In this document: positions 55,662 through 64,000 of the stretch, piece by piece
Layout of the letters: each line of letters starts with the position of its first letter
How positions within the stretch are numbered: position 1 is the stretch's first letter
DNA from: Eledone cirrhosa
Lineage: Eukaryota
Direction of reading: 5' to 3'
DNA: 64,000 bases
Assembly (NCBI GenBank): GCA_964016885.1
Contig: OZ024753.1
Span: 16,058,001-16,122,000, forward strand
Notes under the pieces: generated by a model
Databases searched by the model: none
Told to the model about the DNA's origin: nothing
The model's input: the letters and a program-made list of their open reading frames with translations, nothing else
Made by a program: the position numbers and the translations under genes

Positions 55662-56052
55662 TGTTAATGATAGGGCAGAGAATCCTTACAGTAATAACAA
55701 TACTCTACTTTTCTTAAGTATAGAGTACTAAGATGAATAATGATATTACTGGTTAACTAGTGATATCTCACATTTATATATATATATATCTATCTATCTA
55801 AGGCGGGTAAAATTCCCGAGATCCATGGACGAGTTCTCTGCAGCGGCCTCTGTCCCTCATTATCGCTGCCATGTCCTGCATCTCCAACAGACCATATATA
55901 TATATATAAGGGAAGAAGAAGCTTTCATGTTTTCAACTCAATTTTAATTCCTGATATGTTGCATTTAGGGAACCACGATGTGGAATGCTTAAATTGGAAT
56001 ACACTAAAGTTGTTGACCTAAATATCAACATGAAATTACACGTGTGTGTGTG

Positions 56053-56084
<32 letters not shown>

Positions 56085-56096
56085 TATATATATCAA

Positions 56097-57144
56097 GGAT
56101 GTGTTGTTTCCTTGAGCTAGACACTTTATTTCACGTTGCTCCAGTTTACTCAGCTGTAGAAATGAGATGATAGGGACTGGGGTCCATATCATTCCACTGC
56201 AAAGTGGTCGTGAAGGTGCCACGGCAAAATAGCACCCAGCCCACACTGTAAAGTGGATGTGTAGGCGCCACGGAAATAAAGCACCCAGCCCACACTGTAA
56301 AGTGGATGTGTAGGCGCCACAGTAATAAAGCACCCAGCCCACACTGTAAAGTGGATGTGTAGGCGTCACGGAAATAAAGCACCCAGCCCACACTGTAAAG
56401 TGGATGTGTAGGTGCCACGGAAATAAAGCACCCAGCCCACACTGTAAAGTGGATGTGTAGGTGCCACAGTAATAAAGCACCCAGCCCACACTGTAAAGTG
56501 GATGTGTAGGCGTCATGGAAATAAAGCACCCAGCCCACACTGTAAAGTGGATGTGTAGGCGTCACGGAAATAAAGCACCCAGCCCACACTGTAAAGTGGT
56601 CGTGTAGGCGTCACGGAAATAAAGCACCCAGCCCACACTGTAAAGTGGATGTGTAGGTGCCACAGTAATAAAGCACCCAGCCCACACTGTAAAGTGGATG
56701 TGTAGGTGCCACGGAAATAAAGCACCCAGCCCACACTGTAAAGTGGATGTGTAGGCGTCATGGAAATAAAGCACCCAGCCCACACTGTAAAGTGGATGTG
56801 TAGGCGTCACGGAAATAAAGCACCCAGCCCACACTGTAAAGTGGTCGTGTAGGCGTCACGGAAATAAAGCACCCAGCCCACACTGTAAAGTGGATGTGTA
56901 GGCGTCACGGAAATAAAGCACCCAGCCCACACTGTAAAGTGGATGTGTAGGCGTCACGGAAATAAAGCACCCAGCCCACACTGTAAAGTGGATGTGTAGG
57001 CGTCACGGAAATAAAGCACCCAGCCCACACTGAAAATGAGGTTGGTGTTAGGAAGAGCATCCAGCTGTAGAAATCAAGCCAGAATCAGTTCCCGTCCCAC
57101 CCTTGCAAGCAGGGAAAAGCAGACGTAAAATGATGATGATGATG
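56097..57144 (+). mobile_element. SINE family B with internal minisatellite expansion
   Basis: SINE body 56097-56231, array, then the normal RTE-type tail at 57032-57144. Confidence 0.9.
56232..57031. repeat. 49-bp minisatellite, about 16 copies
   Basis: GCACCCAGCCCACACTGTAAAGTGGATGTGTAGGCGTCACGGAAATAAA at 56232, 56281 and onward. Confidence 0.97.
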
Positions 57145-57346
57145 ATATATACACACACATATATATATAATTTATTGGTGTGGTCATTAAGGAATCCACA
57201 AGTCTGATCAGCCATCAATTCCAAAGTTGGGTGTGATCAATACTGATTGTTCCTTAAGCTGATCGATCATGAAACACACGTCACACGTGAATGGACACAA
57301 TGTTGATATATTGATACCTCGTTGCTACTCATTATTATTGTTGTTA

Positions 57347-57533
57347 GGGTGGTGGATTTGTCAGTATCGGTAGAGGGTTGGACACCATGCTTTCTAGCAT
57401 AGTTACGTCCCTTTACAGTCTGAGTTCAAATCCCGCCGAGGTTAACTTTGCCTTTCATCCTTACGGGGTCGATAAAATAAAGTACCAGTAATACACTGGG
57501 ATAATTGCTGGCCTTGTGCCAAAAGTAGAAAAT
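57347..57533 (+). mobile_element. SINE family A
   Basis: Full-length match; flanked by ATTATTATT.TTGTTA repeats. Confidence 0.88.
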
Positions 57534-57808
57534 TATTATTTTTGTTATATATGTGTTTGTGTGTGTATATCATCATCATCGTTTAACGTCCAACATGCAC
57601 ACGTGTATATCTCGGCATATACATACATATATATACACACATATATATCTATATATATCCGCACATGTATATACTATGTATATACCCGCACACATATATA
57701 TATCTCTGAATATATATACACATACAAACATATATCTCTGTATTTATATATACACACACACACACATATCTCTCTCTATATATATATCCATACACGTATA
57801 TATATATA

Positions 57809-58588
57809 CTAGCAGAATGGCCCGGCGTTGCTCGGGATTTGCTATAGGGTTCTTATATATTTGATATATATTTATCCTTATCGAACCTCGTGAAATAAAT
57901 ACGTTTGTTTATATTTTGTTATTGTGTATGCAAAAATATCTGTCCATAAATATATAATTATATATATATATATATATATTAAAATAACAGACTAAAGTTT
58001 AAGCAAAGAATCACTGCTTTCACCCTTAACGGGATATTCTACCTAAAAACAGTATGAAGTACATACACTAAGACTAATTGATGTAATCTTTGGCTTTGTT
58101 TGTTTATATTTTGTTTTTGTGTATCCAAAAATATCTGTACACGAATATCTATATTAAAATAACATATTAATGTTTAAGCAAAGAATCGCTGCTTTCAACC
58201 TTAACGGGATCTTCTTAAACTAAAAAATTCAATCTGGAAAACAGGAAGACGATTCTTTGGTTCGTGAAGACGTTCCCTGGCATAAGAATATATATACACA
58301 CACACACACTGATTGCGTCATAATGACGTAATGCAGACAGTCAGGCATACAGACAGATATTATGAAGGCATGACGTCATATCTATGTATCTATCTAAAAA
58401 GAGAAAGACTAAGAGAAAGAGATCGCTAAATCGCCTAATGCGGTCCCTAGGGCATTGAATATTTGAAATTTTTTTTGCTCAAAACACTTCCAGGGTCATA
58501 CGAGTTACATGTATAAAGTTTGAAAAAAACCGGTTGGGTACTTCTCGAGTTTTAGGGAAACAGACATCCTCTGTTTTATATATATAGA
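57809..58588 (-). mobile_element. Non-autonomous Helitron
   Basis: Minus strand starts TCTATATATATAAAA and ends CCCGAGC-AAC-GCCGGG hairpin, 8 nt, CTAG; A/T insertion site; internal ~130-bp direct duplication near 57905 and 58097. Confidence 0.87.
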
Positions 58589-58589
58589 T

Positions 58590-58652
58590 ATATATATATA
58601 TACACACACACACGTATATATATCTATGTATATACACGCACACATATTTAAC

Positions 58653-58686
<34 letters not shown>

Positions 58687-58694
58687 TATTTATC

Positions 58695-58727
<33 letters not shown>

Positions 58728-60006
58728 GTATATATATCTATGTATATACACACACACATATTTATCTATATATATATAGATATATATCTGAACACATATC
58801 TATGTATACACACACACACACATATTTGTATATATATATATATATATGCACACATATCTATGTATACACACACACATATTTGTATATAAATACACAAACA
58901 CCCACCCACACCACACACATATTTATGTATATATACGTACATATGTATATAATTACACACATATATCTATGTATACACACACGCACGTATATACCTCTAT
59001 ATATATCTGCACACACATATATCAATGTATACACACACACATATCTGTATACACACACATATACATCAATGTATACACACACATATACATCAATGTATAC
59101 ACACACATACATATCAATGTATACACACATATATAACAATGTATACACACATACATATATATGTATACACACACATATATATCAATGTATACACACATAT
59201 ATCAATGTATATACACACATATATATCAATGTATATACTCACATATATATCAATGTATATACACACATATATATCAATGTATACACACACATATATATCA
59301 ATGTATATACACACACATATATCAATGTATACACACATATATATCAATGTGTTCACACATATATATCTGTATACACACACACACACATATATATATCTGT
59401 AGACACACACATATATATCAATGTATACACACACATATATATTTGTATACACACACATATATTTGTATACACACACATATATCTGTATATACACACACAC
59501 ATATATACATTAATGTATATACACACACATATATATCAATGTATACACACACATATCAATGTATACACACACATATATATCTGTATACACACACATATAT
59601 ATCTGTGTATACACACACATATATTTGTATACACACACATATCTGTATATACACACACATATCTGTATATACACACACACATATATACATCAATGTATAT
59701 ACACACACATATATATCAATGTATACACACACATATATCTATACACACATATATATCTGTATACACACACATATATACCTGTATACACACACACATATAT
59801 CTGTATACACACACATATATCTGTATACACACATATATATCTGTATACACACACATATATATCTGTATACACACACATATCTGTATATACACACATATAT
59901 ATCAATGTATACACACACACATATATCTGTATACACACACGTATATATCTGTATACACACACATATATATCTGTATACATACACATATATATCTGTATAC
60001 TCACAC
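58590..60006. repeat. Compound (TA)/(CA) microsatellite with a ~20-22-bp superperiod (TGTATACACACACATATATATC)
   Basis: Direct reading. Confidence 0.97.
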
Positions 60007-61587
60007 ATCATCATCATCATCATCATCGTTTAACGTCCATGTTCCACGCTTGCATGGGTTTGGATGGGAGTTTTCCCACTTGAGGCAAGAGTGGTTGTCT
60101 TGCTCGCATAGGACTGTCTGGCGGGTTTTCTACAGCTGGATGCCCTTCCTAACACCAACCACATTTACAGTGTGGGACTGGGAGGTTTTTACCGTGTTGC
60201 CTACACGGCCACATTACAGCGTGGACTGTCTGGTGGGTTTTCTACAGCTGGATGCCCTTCCTAACACCAACCACATTTACAGTGTGGGACTGGGAGGTTT
60301 TTACCGTGTTGCCTACACGGCCACATTACAGCGTGGACTATCTGGCGGGTTTTCTACAGCTGGATGCCCTTCCTAACACCAACCACATTTACAGTGTGGG
60401 GCTGGGAGGTTTTTACCGTGTTGCCTACACGGCCACATTACAGCGTGGACTGTGTGTTTTTTTGTCGTGACACCTACACGATCTCATTTGTTTCGGCCTG
60501 GATGTTGTGGCACCAACATAACTTTACATTGAAAGGGGCGGTGTGGGTGGGGTGGGGGTGGTGGGACGGGGGTGTGGATGGGGTGGGGATGGAGGGACGG
60601 GCATGTGTTTTGTTAGAGATGCCTACTGACTGTAGTAGGTTTTACTTTGTATTTCAGGTAAGGCGGGTATTCTCTATTACTGAGTACCGCCAAAGATCGG
60701 GTCTTCTCTATTTGTCTTGGAGAGGTGTAAGTGTGTGAGGTCGGAATTTATCAGGTCGTCCCAGGTTTTTCTGGGTCTGCCTACTCCGTGGCTACCGTCT
60801 ATCTTTATTGCCCTGCACTTTTTTATACAGCTGTCGTCTTTCATGCGCATCACGTGACCATACCAACGTAGCCTTCTCTCGACTAAACAACATCTGATCC
60901 CTCTTATTTCTAATTTTTCCCTTAGTTCATTTATGCTTTGCCGTTCGCATATATTACTATTACACATCCAGCGGAGCATGCAAGCTTCGTTCCTCTCTAG
61001 TCTGCGTATATCCTCTGCACACAATGCCCATGTCTCACTGCCATGCAACATTGCTGTTCATATGCAGGCATCATACAGCCTGCCTTTCATTTTTAGGGAG
61101 AACCCTTTAGCGGCTAATAGTGGTATAAGCTCTCTGAACTTTTTCCATCCAGTTCTGACTCTAGCTACTGTACTTTCAGAGCACCCACCCCCACTGCTGA
61201 TTTTGTCACCCAGGTAACGGAAGCTGTCCACTATTTCTATAGAACCCTCTGCGCAATTGAAAGAGCTAGTATTCTGTGGGCACTTGCTGCTACTTATTGC
61301 ACCAGAGCACCGGCCACATGTAAAATCTATGTTCTTAGTTAGCTTACCTGTGATCCCACTACATCTTTTATGCACCCATACTTTGCATTTGGGACATAAA
61401 ATGGAGTTTCTACCTACGCCTTTCCTACACACTGAGCATGGCCATTTCCCGGAAGGGACCGGCACCTTATTTTCTTTCCTACAAACTAGAACTTTAGTCT
61501 TAGCCAGGTTAATTTTAAGGCCTTTTGATTCTAGGCCGTGCTTCCATGTTTGGAATTTCTTCTCTAGCTCGGCCATTGATTCAGCTA
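60007..61587 (-). mobile_element. 5'-truncated RTE LINE closely similar to 50369-51615
   Basis: ORFs 61058-61612 and 60677-61051 nearly identical to ORF 50452-51231; (CAT)n tail at 60007-60027. Confidence 0.95.
60111..60446. repeat. Three tandem 112-bp units within the RTE 3' UTR
   Basis: GGACT at 60111, 60223, 60335 and 60447. Confidence 0.93.
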
Positions 61588-62142
61588 TGAATATATATAT
61601 CTGTATACACACACATATATATCTGTATACTCACACATATATATCTGTATACATTCCAACGCCACACACAAATACAATGAATGTAACTATAAAACTAACA
61701 TATGTACAAGTATATATCCAAGTATAACTTAACAACTTTATATATTCTGTAGTTGATAAATTATATATTTATGAAATGTCTGCAGACAGCTAAATACAGA
61801 ACATGTTCTCTTTGTCTCACATTTCATGGTGGATTAGCATTCACAATTTTATAATCTGTTAACCCTTTAGCATTTAAACAGGTTGTATCCGGCCAGAATT
61901 CTCTCACCTCTTTTTGTTCAAACTGGCCGCAACTGACCACTCATACAGATGTTAAGGTATTGTTCTCAAAATGAATAATAGCAAAACCTCATAGATTCGA
62001 TATTATGTCAGACTAGCCGGCCCTGTGCTGTCAAAAATGATGGCTAATTGTAATATCTATACATAATGTAAAAAAAAAAGAAATGTTCATTCGTTGGTTA
62101 CTTCACGCTCATTCACACAAGTAATACAAACATACAAACACA

Positions 62143-62815
62143 CCCCCTTCCTTCCTCAGTCGACATTATCACCCCTTCCTTCCTCAGTCGACGTTATCAC
62201 CCCTCCTTCCTCAGTCGACCTCATCACCCCTTCCTTCCTCAGTCGACGTTATCACCCCTCCTGCCTCAGTCAACGTTATAACACCTTCTTTCCTCAGTCG
62301 ATGTTATCACCCGCTCCTTCTCAACTCAACGTTATCACTCCTTCCTTCTCCAATCGACGTTATCAAACATTCCTTCCTAAGTCGACCTCATCACCCCTTC
62401 CTTCCTCAGTCGACCTCATCACCCCTTCCTTCCTCACTCGACGTTATCACCCCCTCCTTCCTCAGTCGACTTTATCACCCCCTCCCTTCCGCAGTCGACG
62501 TTATCACCCTTTCCTTCCTCGGTCAACGTTATCACCCCTTCCTTCCTCAGTCGACGTTATCACCCTTTCCTTCCTCAGTCGACGTTATCACCCCTTCCTT
62601 CCTCACTCAACGTTATCACCCCCTCTTTCCTCAGTCGATTTTATCACCCCCTCTTTCCTCAGTCGATTTTATCACCCCCTTCCTTCCTCAGTCGACGTTA
62701 TCACCCTTTCCTACCTCACTCGACGTTATCACCCCCTCCTTCCTCAGTCGACTTTATCACCCTCTTCCTTCCTCAGTCGACTTTATCACCCCCTTCCTTC
62801 TTCAGTCGACGTTAT
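62143..62815. repeat. 28-bp minisatellite, about 24 diverged copies
   Basis: Unit TCACCCCTTCCTTCCTCAGTCGACGTTA. Confidence 0.95.
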
Positions 62816-63170
62816 CTGCTTTTCCTGCTAGCAAGGGTTGGACAGGTCTACATAGAACAAATTGGTACTGAAGCAGGGCCACTGTAGTTCCAGACAGGCT
62901 GAGATGGCTTGTATCCTACTTACATATGGTCATTGTCACGTGAAAATGAGAAGTTGTGTCTCTTGACACAAACTGAAAGATCCTCCTAACCCCTTGTTTG
63001 GTAAGCTTTCTATAGCTGGATGCCCTTCCTAACACCAACCCCTTTACAGCGTGGACTAGGTGTTTTTATTGTGTAGATTACCAATATTAGGGAAGGTGTC
63101 ATGTCCTTGACAAAACTAAAGGATCCTCCTAACCTAGTGTTTGGCATGTTTTCTATGGCTGGGTACCCTA
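62815..63170 (-). mobile_element. Old RTE/SINE-B-related 3' fragment
   Basis: CTGCTTTTCCTGCTAGCAAGGGTTGGAC and TTCTATAGCTGGATGCCCTTCCTAACACCAACC. Confidence 0.65.
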
Positions 63171-63546
63171 TATATATGTGAGTGTGTGTGTGTATAAAAG
63201 ATAAAGAGAATTAAACCAAACAACACAATACATTGCAAAAATATATTAGTTTAATGCTTGAAATAGCAGGAATGTCTTAATGTTTTGGACACTAGTTCTT
63301 CATCAGATAGAATTAGAAATAGAAGATAAATAGAAGGATAAAGAGTAGGAAGTGGAGTGGGAACTGAGATACCAAACGTGTGGGGGAAAACATGTGCATA
63401 TTCAGTCAGCCATTTTGAAGATATATATATGTGTGCATGTGTGTGTGTGTGTGTGTGTGTGGATATAAATATCTGTGTGCACATATGTGTGTGTGTGCAT
63501 GTATGTATATAAATATCTGTGTGCACATATGTGTGTGTGTGCATGT

Positions 63547-63604
<58 letters not shown>

Positions 63605-63611
63605 GTAGTAT

Positions 63612-64000
63612 CACTACGAGAAACTACTAAAGAGGAGAATAAATGGGGAAAATATAGTCAGACCCATATCGATCCAATAGAAGGACCAGCGGTGCAAGTT
63701 AAAGGTAGTATAATAAGTAAGGCAATCAAAGATATGAAGACAGGCAAAGCAGCTGGGCCTTTGGAGATAGTTGCTGAGATGTTGAAAGCATCAGGGCTCT
63801 ATCCTTAGCCCCCTACTATTTATTATCACCCTTCAGGCTATAACAGAGGAGTTCAAGACCGGCTGCCCATGGGAACTTCTATACACAGATAATCTAACTC
63901 TCATAGCTGAATTTATGGCTGAACTAAAGAAATTCCAAACATGGAAGCATGGCCTAGAATCAAAAGGCCTTAAAGTTAACTTGTCTAAGACTAAAGTTCT
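63612..64000 (+). mobile_element. Internally deleted RTE LINE running off the right edge
   Basis: MKTGKAAGPLEIVAEMLKASG joined to LSPLLFII.LQAITEEFKTGCPWELLYTDN, then WKHGLESKG. Confidence 0.9.

Noticed and set aside
39885-60376. Many long YI/HT/CV/VW-rich ORFs, including 58802-60376 (524 aa)
   Set aside because: Translations of (TA)n, (CA)n and (GGT)n microsatellites, which lack stop codons
61858-62050. TTAACCCTTT piggyBac-like end and a CTAG Helitron-like end
   Set aside because: No matching opposite terminus found in the window
62094-62831. 245-aa Ser/Pro-rich ORF
   Set aside because: Translation of the 28-bp minisatellite
63270-63312. Minus-strand CTGATGA-AGAACTAGTGTCC-AAAA-CATTA hammerhead-like relic
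   Set aside because: G12 absent and stems I and II do not pair convincingly; isolated cores at 35851, 39483 and 53939 were dropped because no GAAA partner follows

Overview
Repeat-saturated eukaryotic (animal) DNA with no supportable host gene. The mix of SINEs, RTE LINEs and (TA)n/(CA)n microsatellites looks cephalopod/mollusc-like, which is an inference. Bases 1-24.9 kb are one ~530-copy 47-bp satellite with higher-order duplications. Bases 25-64 kb hold a decayed Penelope-like retroelement (RT plus C-terminal GIY-YIG) with a CR1-type LINE and several SINEs nested inside it, two non-autonomous Helitrons, a Tc1/mariner MITE, fragments of two RTE LINE families whose RT carries an inserted C4HC3 PHD-like finger, two tRNA-derived SINE families (one sharing its 3' end with an RTE) and smaller minisatellites. 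The most notable signal is a cluster of about nine type I hammerhead-ribozyme motifs between 27 and 40.3 kb. Several sit in or beside 300-700 bp non-coding fold-back elements, and one palindrome encodes the ribozyme on both strands. All folds and alignments were done by eye; coordinates are approximate to a few bases.
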